Positions 47,608 through 57,948 of a DNA stretch of 64,000 bases are shown here, piece after piece. Within the stretch, counting starts at the first letter, position 1, and each line of letters begins with the position of its first letter. The stretch covers positions 2,624,001-2,688,000 of the forward strand of contig CAXXMD010000003.1 in NCBI GenBank assembly GCA_963675755.2, in the 5' to 3' direction. A program made the translations under genes and the position numbers. The stretch is from a bacterium (GTDB taxonomy: Bacteria > Zhuqueibacterota > Zhuqueibacteria > Residuimicrobiales > Krinioviventaceae). The notes beneath the pieces were generated by a model. That model was not told the origin of the DNA and searched no databases. It saw only the letters and a program-made list of their open reading frames with translations.

Positions 47608-49011
47608 TTATTCAATAATAAAGTCTATTACTTTGATAATGGATTGCTGGCAAACAGGACAAAAATCAATAACTCTTTTAGAGAACATTCTACAGTCGGT
47701 TGTTGGTCTGTAAATGCCTGTAGATGAATACCCTGCACCCTCAAAACAACCAATTTTGTTTTTCCATTTTGATTCATCCATTACTTTACGCATTTTTACT
47801 TCTGTCGCTATATAATCGGGAGTATCTCTGACATGTGATCGTAAAATAGTGCCAAGTGAATCATAGGTGCTTTTTTCCCAGGGTGTTGGAATTTCTATTC
47901 CGGGGGTTAGCATGGATTCCCATTTCGGATGTTCAGGATCCAGCAGACAGGTTATATTGGGCTCCCAGGGATCTACACCCGGGGGATAAAATTCATCATA
48001 GGATGTGTTCGATGTATAGTATTCGTCTGCTAATCCGCCAAAGGCATGGCCAAACTCATGTACAAAAACATAATCTGACCACCATTCCACTTTATCCGGT
48101 TGTTGACCGGTAAAGCTGGTGGAAAACCAGTTATAAATACCACCACCACCATAACGATTTGAATTTACAAGAATGTAAATTTGATCATAGGGGACCATGC
48201 CGGCAATATCGCGCAGTGATTTATTGTCGGTAGTTAAAATATATCGAGGGGAATCCAATGAATTAAAATGTGTATTTAATACAGTATTTCGCCAAATATC
48301 TTTACGGGGTTCGTCAATACCGGAATCCTGAGATTCTACATCAATTGTCCAAATGTTAAAATCATTTTTTCGGCTGTCAAAGGGCTTTGTGGTAAACAAG
48401 TCTTTGGTATATCGTTCAACATCTTGCTGAAATTTGGATATTTCATCATGTGTATAGCCATCGCCCAATATGACAATATCTACCTTTTTTGCGGATGGCC
48501 CGTTGTTGATAAATTTATTTATCTTGTAGGGAAATTGTTTTTTTTCACGATTTACAAAGCGAGAGTTGGGATCGATTGTTGTGCTGTATTTCTCTTCGAA
48601 TATGTTCCTGCTGTTACGTACGGAAATAGTGATTTGTACCGGTTTTTTGGGAAAGGGGCAACGAACACTCTCATGCATAGTTGCATAGATACCATTCTTT
48701 GCATCCAGCGTGGTTTGATATTCACCGAATATCGTACTGTAACCATAAGAGTAGATCAATTGATTGGTTGCAAGATCATATACCTTGAACAGGTATTTGC
48801 CGTAATTCAGCGTATCAATCAGATTTACTTTGCTTCCTGGCCATTCACCTTCCATAAACATTTCATCAAGACTAAAATATTCGTTTTGAAATGTACCTGT
48901 GTGAAAATAATCAACGCGAAGGGTTTTGTTGATAAAGTATTGATCAAAGTCCGGTTGAGCACTCGTTAAACAGGCACTCATAAAAATGATTAGAAAAACG
49001 GGTCTAAGCAT
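47608..49011 (-). CDS. Peptidase M64 (IgA peptidase-like) with N-terminal domain
   Basis: KTLRVDY, DIVILGDGY, YGGGG, HEFGH.FGGLADEY, CRM...FCPVC. Confidence 0.88.
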   Translation of the reverse strand: MLRPVFLIIFMSACLTSAQPDFDQYFINKTLRVDYFHTGTFQNEYFSLDEMFMEGEWPGSKVNLIDTLNYGKYLFKVYDLATNQLIYSYGYSTIFGEYQTTLDAKNGIYATMHESVRCPFPKKPVQITISVRNSRNIFEEKYSTTIDPNSRFVNREKKQFPYKINKFINNGPSAKKVDIVILGDGYTHDEISKFQQDVERYTKDLFTTKPFDSRKNDFNIWTIDVESQDSGIDEPRKDIWRNTVLNTHFNSLDSPRYILTTDNKSLRDIAGMVPYDQIYILVNSNRYGGGGIYNWFSTSFTGQQPDKVEWWSDYVFVHEFGHAFGGLADEYYTSNTSYDEFYPPGVDPWEPNITCLLDPEHPKWESMLTPGIEIPTPWEKSTYDSLGTILRSHVRDTPDYIATEVKMRKVMDESKWKNKIGCFEGAGYSSTGIYRPTTDCRMFSKRVIDFCPVCQQSIIKVIDFIIE

Positions 49012-49108
49012 ATTACACCTTGTCTTAAATTTTAATATTTTTACATGTTAAATATAGTTAATAGTTATAAAAAGACAATAAAAATTTAAGAAAATTATGG
49101 GTCTAGAG

Positions 49109-51226
49109 TTAAATGCTTACAGTGACAGATTCTTCCAAAACAGTCCTGACTTTTTTTGCAAGATCATGCACTGTAAATGGTTTTTGCAAAAAGAAACAGT
49201 TTTCACTAATCTTGAGGGTGAGATTTTGATTTGAATAACCAGATATATAAAGAATTTGAAGAGTGGGAGTAATCATCCTTGCTTTTGATGCCAGTTCATT
49301 TCCGTTAATAGAAGGCATAATGTAATCTGTTATTAATAAATCCGGTTGTATAGTACCGTGCTTTAGTTCATCAAGTGCTTTTAGGCCATCTGAAAATCCA
49401 TAAACTCGATAGCCAAATGATTTTAATACTTCTATAGTAAAATCAAGTACGTTGGCATCATCCTCTACCATGATAATGGTTTCTTTGCCATAATATTGAG
49501 ATAATGGTTTCTCTTTGCCCAGATTTTCATTTTCTGTTTTTGAAGCAATGGGCCATAATATATGAAAAGATGTACCCTGGCCAATTTCACTATATACATG
49601 AATATTGCCATTGTTTTGGTGGATGATACTGTACACCAATGCAAGCCCCAAGCCGGTTCCGCTTTCTTTTGTAGTATAGAAAGGCTCAAAAATATTTTTC
49701 AGTGTATCTTTATCCATTCCAATGCCATTATCACTAATAGACAATTGTGCGTATGTTCCTGCTTCCAATCCTATATGTTTTTGAATATATTCATCATTTA
49801 ATTTTCTTAAACTGGTTTCAATTGTGATCTGCTTTTTATGGCCTGTTATATTTACCATATTTACCGCATCTCTGGCATTTACTACCAGATTTAATAAAAT
49901 CTGTTCAAGGTTGCCCGGATCAGCTTTGATGCTGGGGATTTTTTTATCAAGCTTGGTAATTATTTTTATATCTTCATCAATGAGCCTGCGGGTCATTTTA
50001 TTCAGATCCAGGATGTTTTTATTGAGGTCTATTATTTTTGAACTGGATGTTTGCTTTTTACTAAAGGACAAGAGTTGCCGTGTGAGAAAGATTGCTTTTT
50101 CTCCGGCATGAAAAATAGATTTCAGGTCGTTGGAGGCTGGGTGATTATCATCAAGCTTTTCAAGGGCTATTTCGCAATGTCCGTTGATAATTGTTAACAG
50201 GTTGTTAAAATCATGAGCTACACCGCCAGCAAGCGTGCCAATGGATTCCATCTTTTGCGCCTGGAAAAGCTGCTCTTTTAATTTTTTTAACCGAGTGGTA
50301 TCTTTCATGGAACCAATGATTTTTAAAGGTTTATTGTTTTCATCATACACAAGTTTTGCGGCTACGGTTAGATAATAGTTGTTTTCATTTAAGGTTAAAT
50401 TTAATGATTGATTGTTGATATAACCGATTTTTGTAACAATCTCGATAAATTCATTATATGTGCTTTTGTCGTGAAAAAAATGTTGAAAAGATGTATTAAT
50501 AAATGCTTGTTTGTTTTCATGAGTGCCTAGCAATTCATTGGGGCTGATATCGATAATTTTACCATCCAAAGTGATTTCGAAATAAATATCCTGGATGTTT
50601 TCAATAATATTTAAATATTTTTCTTCATTTCTTTTAGCGAGATCCAGCTGTTGAAGCAGGTTGTTTGTGAGTAACCGTGTTGCTATGGCTTGAATGATAT
50701 AAATTAAGGATACAATGACAAAGCACCAATAGGTAGTATAATAACTGAATGCATTATGTACAATGCCGTTTATGTTTGCATAAACAACAAAAAAGATTGA
50801 AAGGACTGTAATACCCATAATTGTAATAAACATAGCATTACCAAGGAGCAAACTTGCTACCAATGTGATTGAAGGATATAAAATTAATGAATAATCATAA
50901 ATTCCTTGTCCATAAGCGACCAGATATACAGTTGTGAAAAGGGTTAATAATGTCGATAAAAGAGTAGAAGCCAGGTTGGTTTTTCCCATCTTGTTTATAA
51001 ACAAAAGAATGGTAGCAATAGCTGTTTGAGATAAAATGATCAAATACAAATATCCCCAATTCGCAAGATACGCTATCAGGGATGTTACTCCCCCCATCAC
51101 AAGGGTAAATGTCAGGATGACAGATAAGAAATTGGATTTAAGCTTTTCTTCTCGGTTCAAAAAGCTTTTGGGGGATAATAAAGAGTATAGTTTTTTCATT
51201 AGCGCTCGCACATTGGTTGAAAGCAT
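49109..51226 (-). CDS. Membrane PAS hybrid histidine kinase (CckA-like), canonical
   Basis: AQKMESIGTLAGGVAHDFNNLL, NLVVNARDA, FEPFYTTK, REC TDYIMP. Confidence 0.9.
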   Translation of the reverse strand: MLSTNVRALMKKLYSLLSPKSFLNREEKLKSNFLSVILTFTLVMGGVTSLIAYLANWGYLYLIILSQTAIATILLFINKMGKTNLASTLLSTLLTLFTTVYLVAYGQGIYDYSLILYPSITLVASLLLGNAMFITIMGITVLSIFFVVYANINGIVHNAFSYYTTYWCFVIVSLIYIIQAIATRLLTNNLLQQLDLAKRNEEKYLNIIENIQDIYFEITLDGKIIDISPNELLGTHENKQAFINTSFQHFFHDKSTYNEFIEIVTKIGYINNQSLNLTLNENNYYLTVAAKLVYDENNKPLKIIGSMKDTTRLKKLKEQLFQAQKMESIGTLAGGVAHDFNNLLTIINGHCEIALEKLDDNHPASNDLKSIFHAGEKAIFLTRQLLSFSKKQTSSSKIIDLNKNILDLNKMTRRLIDEDIKIITKLDKKIPSIKADPGNLEQILLNLVVNARDAVNMVNITGHKKQITIETSLRKLNDEYIQKHIGLEAGTYAQLSISDNGIGMDKDTLKNIFEPFYTTKESGTGLGLALVYSIIHQNNGNIHVYSEIGQGTSFHILWPIASKTENENLGKEKPLSQYYGKETIIMVEDDANVLDFTIEVLKSFGYRVYGFSDGLKALDELKHGTIQPDLLITDYIMPSINGNELASKARMITPTLQILYISGYSNQNLTLKISENCFFLQKPFTVHDLAKKVRTVLEESVTVSI

Positions 51227-51335
51227 TATCGGTTTTTACTCTTGTATATAAAACGTAAGTATAATGTTAATTACATTGAAAATTGTAATTAAAAACTTAA
51301 CAAATATTGTGCCATTTTCGCAAATATATAAATTT

Positions 51336-53399
51336 TTATCGATTAATTGTTTTTCTGACGAATTCAGCCAATTCAGTCACAGTGAAAGGTTTTTGTAAGA
51401 AAAAGAACTGATTTTCTTGTTCCATCGATGATGTAACATGTTCTTTGGTGAATCCTGATGTTAATATAACAGGAATATGAGGTTGTAAGGTATGTAATTT
51501 GGAAATAAATTCTTTGCCGTCAATTTCGGGCATGACCAGATCTGTAATTGCCAGGTTTACCTCGCCATCATGGGTTTGGATAAACTCTAAAGCTTTGTAG
51601 CCATTACTAAAACCAAATACCCGGTAACCAACACTTTTTAATACTTCAATAGTAAAATTTAAAAAATCTATATCATCTTCAACCAGTACAATTGTTTCAG
51701 AACCATGCTGCAAAACCGTTTGTTCGGGGTGCTCAATGGTTTGTTTTTCATAATCCACGGGCCAGTATACATGAATTGTTGTACCATGGCCTGGTTCGCT
51801 GTAGATATTGATTATCCCGTTATTCTGCTGAATGATGCCATAAACAGTAGGCAATCCTAATCCATTATGGTTGGGTTTAAGACTGAAAAACGGTTCAAAA
51901 ATATTGTTTTGTACGTCTCTATCCATACCAATTCCATTATCAGAAACAGAGAGTAATATATAGTCACCGGCTTTGATATTTTTGCTGGATCGGCCTTGAA
52001 TAAAGGTGGTGTCTAATTCTTTCATCCCGGTTTGTATGAATATGGTTTTTGAATCTGATTGTTGTTTTGTTTGCAGAGCTTCGTTTGAATTTTTAACCAG
52101 ATTTACAATGATTTGCTCAATCTGTCCGGGATCTGCATTGATTAATGGCAGATCTGTAGAAAGATCAATTTCCAGGATAATGTTTTCGTCAATAATTGTG
52201 TTCAATATGCTCTGCATTTCCAGGATACATTGATTCAAGTTCATGCTTGTTGGTTTGAATGCCTGGCTTTTACTAAAGGTGAGCAATTGTCTTGTTAATA
52301 CAGAGGCTTTTTCGCCAACGATCTGGATTTTTTTTATATTTTCAAGTGCCTGTGGGTCATTGTGCCTGTCTGATGCAAGCAATCCGCATTTGTCATTTAT
52401 TATGTTTAACAGTTTCTCAAATTCATTAGCAATGCTGCCAGACATTGAACTGATAGATTCCAGCTTTTGCATTTGTATCAACTGTTGTTCCATCTTTTTT
52501 TTGTCTGTGATATTTCGTATACTGCCAACTATTTTGGGACCCTGTTTATCTTTGGATTCAAGCGCTCTTGCACTGATTATTGTATTCAGGTGCGCACCAT
52601 TTTTATCCAACAGTACTTGTTCATAATTTCGAACCCTGCCGGTATGTCTTGTTGTATTGATAAATTCTTTAGCATTGGTTGGTTCCAAAAAATAATTATT
52701 AATATTGGTGTGCAACAGATCTTGAACAGTATATTGTGTATTGATATCAATAGATGGGCTTATTTCTATTATTTCTCCTTCAAAATTTAATTCAAAATAA
52801 ACTTCCTGAATGTTTTCAAATATATAGCGATATTTTTCTTCACTGGTTCGTAGTTTTTTAATTGTTAATAATAATGAATTAAACAAGTAACGTGTAAATA
52901 AAGCAATTACTGTCAATACAATGGTTAACAAAATAAAATTTAGAATTACAGCACCCTTGTTAATAATGATATTAATATTGCCAGTTAACTGTAAATATGC
53001 TATAAATAAAAGTGATAAAATGGTTATAGCAGTGTATAGAAAATAATATCTAAAATCCATGATTTGACTGGCTATAAGAATAATTACCGGGTAAACAATG
53101 ATTCCCGGATCATTCAATCCATCACCTGAATATATATCTATTGTGAGTGTTGTTAATAAGAAAATAACAAAAAGATGCGCGGATAGTTTTTCATATTTAT
53201 AATATAATAGAACCAGTAACAATATTATAAATGCAAAGGTCACAGATGCACTTTTTAAAGTGTTCTGCCAGTTGGAAAATATTGCAAATATACCAATTAG
53301 AATTGTCCCCGCCAGGGTCAGCAGTAAAATATAGTGTAATAAAGAAATTTCATGATTGTTGTTTTTGTGTTGCAGAAAGGGAATTTTGGGTAATGACAT
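51336..53399 (-). CDS. Membrane PAS hybrid kinase paralog lacking the H-box His
   Basis: QKLESISSMSGSIANEFEKLL; DNGIG, FEPFF, GLGL and REC TDLVMP intact. Confidence 0.85.
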   Translation of the reverse strand: MSLPKIPFLQHKNNNHEISLLHYILLLTLAGTILIGIFAIFSNWQNTLKSASVTFAFIILLLVLLYYKYEKLSAHLFVIFLLTTLTIDIYSGDGLNDPGIIVYPVIILIASQIMDFRYYFLYTAITILSLLFIAYLQLTGNINIIINKGAVILNFILLTIVLTVIALFTRYLFNSLLLTIKKLRTSEEKYRYIFENIQEVYFELNFEGEIIEISPSIDINTQYTVQDLLHTNINNYFLEPTNAKEFINTTRHTGRVRNYEQVLLDKNGAHLNTIISARALESKDKQGPKIVGSIRNITDKKKMEQQLIQMQKLESISSMSGSIANEFEKLLNIINDKCGLLASDRHNDPQALENIKKIQIVGEKASVLTRQLLTFSKSQAFKPTSMNLNQCILEMQSILNTIIDENIILEIDLSTDLPLINADPGQIEQIIVNLVKNSNEALQTKQQSDSKTIFIQTGMKELDTTFIQGRSSKNIKAGDYILLSVSDNGIGMDRDVQNNIFEPFFSLKPNHNGLGLPTVYGIIQQNNGIINIYSEPGHGTTIHVYWPVDYEKQTIEHPEQTVLQHGSETIVLVEDDIDFLNFTIEVLKSVGYRVFGFSNGYKALEFIQTHDGEVNLAITDLVMPEIDGKEFISKLHTLQPHIPVILTSGFTKEHVTSSMEQENQFFFLQKPFTVTELAEFVRKTINR

Positions 53400-53469
53400 A
53401 CCTGCACCTGTATTTTTTTTAATATGTAAACTAGGATGAAAAAGTGCAAGTGTTTTTTAATGTGTAAAT

Positions 53470-53498
53470 AAAAAAAAGCCCGGTACTTTCCGGGCTTT
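53470..53498 (-). terminator. Rho-independent terminator of ahpC
   Basis: aaagcccgg...ccgggcttt with an A-run on the plus strand. Confidence 0.8.
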
Positions 53499-53502
53499 AA
53501 TG

Positions 53503-54108
53503 TTACAGTGCTTCTACATTTGATTCCAAATATTCAGCAACTCCGCTGGAAGAGGGTTTCATTGCTTCGTGGCCTTTTTCCCAGCCGGCGGGACAAACCT
53601 CACCGTATTCTTCGGTATATTGCAAGGCATCAATGACACGCAACATTTCGTCTATATTTCTTCCAATGGGTAAATTGTTTACAACCTGATGCTGTACAAT
53701 ACCATCTTTATCAATCAGGAAGGATGCACGCAGTGCAACACCATCCGGGTGTTCAATTCCATATTCCTGAGTAATGGTGTGTTTAACATCAGCAACCATG
53801 GGGAAACCAACATTGCCAATACCACCCTGGCTTGTCGGTGTATTTTTCCATGCAAAATGTGAATATTGGGAATCGATAGAGACACCAATAATTTCTACAT
53901 TTCGTGCTTTGAATTCATAAAGTCGTTTATTGTGTGCAATGATTTCAGTAGGACAAACAAAAGTAAAATCCAGCGGCCAGAAAAAGAGTACTACATATTT
54001 ACCACGATAATCTGATAACTGAAAATCATCATTAATTGATCCATTCGGCATTACAGCCGGTGCTTTAAAATCAGGTGCTTGTTTAGCTACCAATACACTC
54101 ATATCCAT
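53503..54108 (-). CDS. ahpC: 2-Cys peroxiredoxin
   Basis: PLDFTFVCPTE and GEVCPAGW. Confidence 0.93.
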   Translation of the reverse strand: MDMSVLVAKQAPDFKAPAVMPNGSINDDFQLSDYRGKYVVLFFWPLDFTFVCPTEIIAHNKRLYEFKARNVEIIGVSIDSQYSHFAWKNTPTSQGGIGNVGFPMVADVKHTITQEYGIEHPDGVALRASFLIDKDGIVQHQVVNNLPIGRNIDEMLRVIDALQYTEEYGEVCPAGWEKGHEAMKPSSSGVAEYLESNVEAL

Positions 54109-54216
54109 ATCCTTTCCATATTAAGGTCATTCTGTTCACAAACAGTGTATTTTGAATTTTTTTGGGTTGTCATTCAAGGTGGGAGCCTTGCAATGAGAGA
54201 TATAAACAGAAGGATT

Positions 54217-54230
54217 GGAATAATTATTTC
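54217..54230. promoter_or_regulatory. Possible PerR/Fur-like palindrome upstream of ahpC
   Basis: ggaataattatttc near-palindrome; could arise by chance in AT-rich DNA. Confidence 0.3.
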
Positions 54231-54270
54231 TGGTTCAAAGAAAAAAAACTATTTTTTTTGAGGTGCATTT

Positions 54271-55839
54271 TCATTTTCTAAAATCAGAATCGTTTACCCA
54301 GCCCCAGTTCAGGTCTTCGCCACGCATATAGCGTTCGTAAAAATGTGCACCGGATTTGTCTGCATATTCATATTGATCAAAAATATGTCCATTGCCTAAA
54401 ATCCGTGGATCGTTTTGCTGTTCCAGCTCGGTGACCAATTGATTTTCGAGTTTATCTAATATATTCTGATATTCGGGAAGGGTTGCAAGGTTGTTCATGC
54501 AATCCAAATCTGTTTTACGGTTATATAATTCTTTTTCCGGTCGTTTGCCAAAATTCCATTGCCAGAATTTTTCGGTAGCGGGATTGTCTTTTGCGTCCAG
54601 ATTGACGGTTTTGGTTGGGCTGCCATCGCAATTGAGATATCCGGTTTCGGGATTCCCTGCGGGCCAGCGCTCAGGATTAAAGTTTTTAATAAACAGGTAT
54701 TCCCGCGTAAAGATCCCGCGGATTGGATAACCCTGGTCATTGGGGCGGCCAACATCGTGGCGTTCTTTGCCAATCAGCACATGGTCCCGCTCCGGAGTGA
54801 TATTATGCTCATTTGCCGAGTAGAAAATATCCGTCAAACTTTTACCCTGTATGGGTTTCATACCCGCATTTGCAGCGTCAAGTTCTGCTAGCTCGAGGAA
54901 TGTTGGCGCAAAATCGATAAAGCTTATAAAATCATCAACTGTTCTGCCCGGATTTTTAATTCCCCTTGGCCACATTACAGCCAATGGCAAGTGGTTTGAA
55001 TACTCGTATTCCTGGCCTTTGATTCGTGGAAACGGCATACCATTATCTGCAGTTACTACTAAAAGTGTGTTATCAAGCTCGCCCTTTTCTTTGAGCAGGT
55101 TGATCATTTTTTGCAGGTGCTGATCAAAATATTCTATTTCAAAAGCATAATCGAGCATGTCGGTTCGAACGGTTTCATTATCTGGCCAAAAGGGGAAAAC
55201 CCGGTCAATTTGTGATGTTTTTTTTCCGCCTTTGGTAATCCCCGCTCCATATTCGTATCTTCTGTGTGGTTCGGTACTGCCATACCAAAAGCAAAAGGGG
55301 GTATCTGTTTGTTTATCATCAAGAAAGGATTTAAAGTTTTCTGCGTAATCGTTGCTGTTGATATACTTTGCCGGGGGTGTTGTCTTTTGTTCATTGTAAG
55401 GTTTACCTGTGAGCTGGCGTTTGACTCCATTGATTTCGCCGGCAACTCCGGGAGCCCAGCCTTTTGCGGTATAGCCAACATGGTATCCGTTTTCGGATAA
55501 TGCTTCCGCATAGGTTTTAAACTTTTTGGGGAAATAGCACCAGTGGTTTGCGGCTTCTTCAAGTTGCCAGGAATTGCGCCCGGTCAGGATGCAGGAACGC
55601 GAGGGAGCGCATTTTGCGTTGGGTGTAAACGCCTGAGTGAAAAGAATTCCATTTTTGGCAACATAATCAAACGCAGGGGTGTTGATCCAGCTGCACCCAT
55701 AAGCTCCCATATGCGGAAAAGAGGCATCATCAGCAATGCAGAATAATATGTTTGGTTTTTTTGTTCTATTGTAACAACTTTTTAATGTTGATGAAACCAG
55801 AGCCAATGATGAAATTTTTAAAAATTGTCTTCTTTTCAT
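54271..55839 (-). CDS. Cys-type sulfatase (sulfamidase-like) with twin-Arg/lipoprotein-like signal
   Basis: KRRQFLK; [32 protein letters not shown]. Confidence 0.9.
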   Translation of the reverse strand: MKRRQFLKISSLALVSSTLKSCYNRTKKPNILFCIADDASFPHMGAYGCSWINTPAFDYVAKNGILFTQAFTPNAKCAPSRSCILTGRNSWQLEEAANHWCYFPKKFKTYAEALSENGYHVGYTAKGWAPGVAGEINGVKRQLTGKPYNEQKTTPPAKYINSNDYAENFKSFLDDKQTDTPFCFWYGSTEPHRRYEYGAGITKGGKKTSQIDRVFPFWPDNETVRTDMLDYAFEIEYFDQHLQKMINLLKEKGELDNTLLVVTADNGMPFPRIKGQEYEYSNHLPLAVMWPRGIKNPGRTVDDFISFIDFAPTFLELAELDAANAGMKPIQGKSLTDIFYSANEHNITPERDHVLIGKERHDVGRPNDQGYPIRGIFTREYLFIKNFNPERWPAGNPETGYLNCDGSPTKTVNLDAKDNPATEKFWQWNFGKRPEKELYNRKTDLDCMNNLATLPEYQNILDKLENQLVTELEQQNDPRILGNGHIFDQYEYADKSGAHFYERYMRGEDLNWGWVNDSDFRK

Positions 55840-55981
55840 TTTACATCCTTGTTTGATTGATTCATAAGAAATTCATTTATTACTAGAAAAACAAGTGTTT
55901 TTGAATGTATATTTTGAAACACTGGGTATAAAATGGCGTATAGGTTGAGTGAATTTAAATTCAATTGAATTGAGGGGCAAT

Positions 55982-56504
55982 ATGACTGGTACTACAACCA
56001 ATCCCAAAGTAAATAAGCATCATCCGGATCTTACCGGTGAGCATTTTTTATGGAGATTTATTGCAACTGATATTTTTTTTGGTTTTTCTAACAATATGGA
56101 TTGCTGATTCTTTTTTCCTACATTTTTCGGATGTCTCTACACTATTACCGCTTTGGCTGCGATTGACAGCAGGCTCTATTGTTTTGATCGTTTCCGGTTA
56201 TATTGCCAATACAGGATTAAAGATTGTCTTTGGAACACCGCATACAGAACCTAAAGTTATTGATTATGGTGTTTTCAAATGGGTACGACACCCCATATAT
56301 CTGAGTGCTATTGGTTTGTACATGGGGCTGCTGCTGATTAAAATGTCTATTTCAGCATCTATAGTTTGGGTGTTTGCAATTGTTTTGTATTATGGTCTGA
56401 GTCGTTTTGAGGAAAGGTTGTTATTGGAGCGCTTTGGTGATGACTATGCTTTATACATGAATAAAGTACCCATGCTGTTACCATTCATTAGGGGGAGAAA
56501 ATGA
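55982..56504 (+). pseudogene. Isoprenylcysteine carboxylmethyltransferase (ICMT/PEMT) family protein, apparent +1 frameshift in the T6 run at 56044-56049
   Basis: RBS gagggg then ATG 55982 gives ...HPDLTGEH; removing one T joins it to FYGDLLQL...VRHPIY...EE.LL.RFG..Y. Confidence 0.7.
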
Positions 56505-56505
56505 A

Positions 56506-56979
56506 ATGAAAAAAGGCAAATGGCTAACAATATTATTATTGAGCTTGACTGTGTTTGTTGGAGTTACTTTTGCCAGAGATTTGAATGATTTACATGGCAC
56601 CTGGCAGGGAAAAGGGCGGGTGTTTCAATCTCATTTTACTCGCAACTCGGCAGATTCTTGTAAAACAGATTCTGTTAACATATTTATAACTATCTACAAG
56701 GACAATCGGGTAAGCGGTAATATTGGAGAAGCCGAGTTTGTGGATTGCATAGTGAAAAGGAATAGAAGCTGGTTGGGGCGATTGTTAAATTTTAAAACGG
56801 ATTATATTATTACCGGAGGTACAATTCGTGGGAATATTGTGCCGGTAGATACTGTATTACAAAAAAAAATTACTATTCCATTTAATATTGTCGATAATAA
56901 TATTAAAGGTACGCTTATGCAGACATATAAATGGAAGTACCCTGATCCTTTGATACGGGTAATTGTTTCTAAAAAGTGA
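56506..56979 (+). CDS. Hypothetical exported protein
   Basis: Signal peptide ending TFA; ggag RBS. Confidence 0.65.
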   Translation: MKKGKWLTILLLSLTVFVGVTFARDLNDLHGTWQGKGRVFQSHFTRNSADSCKTDSVNIFITIYKDNRVSGNIGEAEFVDCIVKRNRSWLGRLLNFKTDYIITGGTIRGNIVPVDTVLQKKITIPFNIVDNNIKGTLMQTYKWKYPDPLIRVIVSKK

Positions 56980-57068
56980 GTGTTGTAAAAAAATCAGAAA
57001 GATAAGAATCAGCAAATATTGTATTGAATTGTATTCATGTGTTGATTATCTTAAATTTTGGAGTTTAA

Positions 57069-57446
57069 ATGAATATCGAGTATAACCAACCGTTAAATTG
57101 TATGCAGATCCATTTAGAGGGCACACTCTCTACTCAGGATATTCTTGATACATTTGATGAAATGGTCAAACACCCTGATTTTGTAGAAGGTAGTGATGCA
57201 CTTTGGGATCTTTGTGATGCTTCGCATCCTGATTTAACAGTTACGGATCTTTACAATATTGGTGCGCATGTTCAAAAATATGCTAAAAAAAGGGGTAATG
57301 GCAAAACGGCATGGGTTGTTACAAACCAGGTAGACTTTGGTATTGCCAGAATGTTTGAAATGCTGACAGATCAGGATATCTCTATTACGTTTCGTGTGTT
57401 TGATTCAGTTGATGAAGCCAAAGATTGGATTAAATCCGGAGAATAG
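57069..57446 (+). CDS. SpoIIAA-like (STAS/SEC14) protein, copy 1
   Basis: LWDL, KTAWVV...FGIARMF, VF...DEA..W. Confidence 0.65.
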   Translation: MNIEYNQPLNCMQIHLEGTLSTQDILDTFDEMVKHPDFVEGSDALWDLCDASHPDLTVTDLYNIGAHVQKYAKKRGNGKTAWVVTNQVDFGIARMFEMLTDQDISITFRVFDSVDEAKDWIKSGE

Positions 57447-57459
57447 TATATTTTTAAAC

Positions 57460-57831
57460 ATGATTTCGAATATTACAAAAATTTCAGAGGGGATTTGCAT
57501 TGAATTAACCGGAGATGTTACATTTGATGCATTAATACAGCATTTTCAACAAATAGTGGACTCGAGCGAGTTTGAAAAAGAAATGGGGATTCTTTGGGAT
57601 GCAACACGGGTATCGGAATTTAACCTTACATCACAAGATATGGATAAAATGGGTGATTATCTTAAAGATCATTACACCCAACGTGGCGGCGGAAAATCTG
57701 CATGGCTTTTGAATGACACTATTCATTTGGGGATGGCTCAAATGTTTACAGAAATAAATGAAAAGAGTTTGCCCATTCTGGTGAGAGCGTTTCACGAAAG
57801 ATCTACCGCTATAAAATGGCTGAAAAGTTGA
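57460..57831 (+). CDS. SpoIIAA-like (STAS/SEC14) protein, copy 2
   Basis: LWDA, RGGGKSAW...GMAQMF, AF....AIKWL; start at MISN. Confidence 0.65.
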   Translation: MISNITKISEGICIELTGDVTFDALIQHFQQIVDSSEFEKEMGILWDATRVSEFNLTSQDMDKMGDYLKDHYTQRGGGKSAWLLNDTIHLGMAQMFTEINEKSLPILVRAFHERSTAIKWLKS

Positions 57832-57948
57832 TTTTCTTTATATCGTTTATTTTTATAATATATTGAATATTCATATTCTTGCTGAATTATTTTTAATTTT
57901 GAATTTGGTTACATTTATTCTAATGCAATAAATACAGGTAATGTAGTT

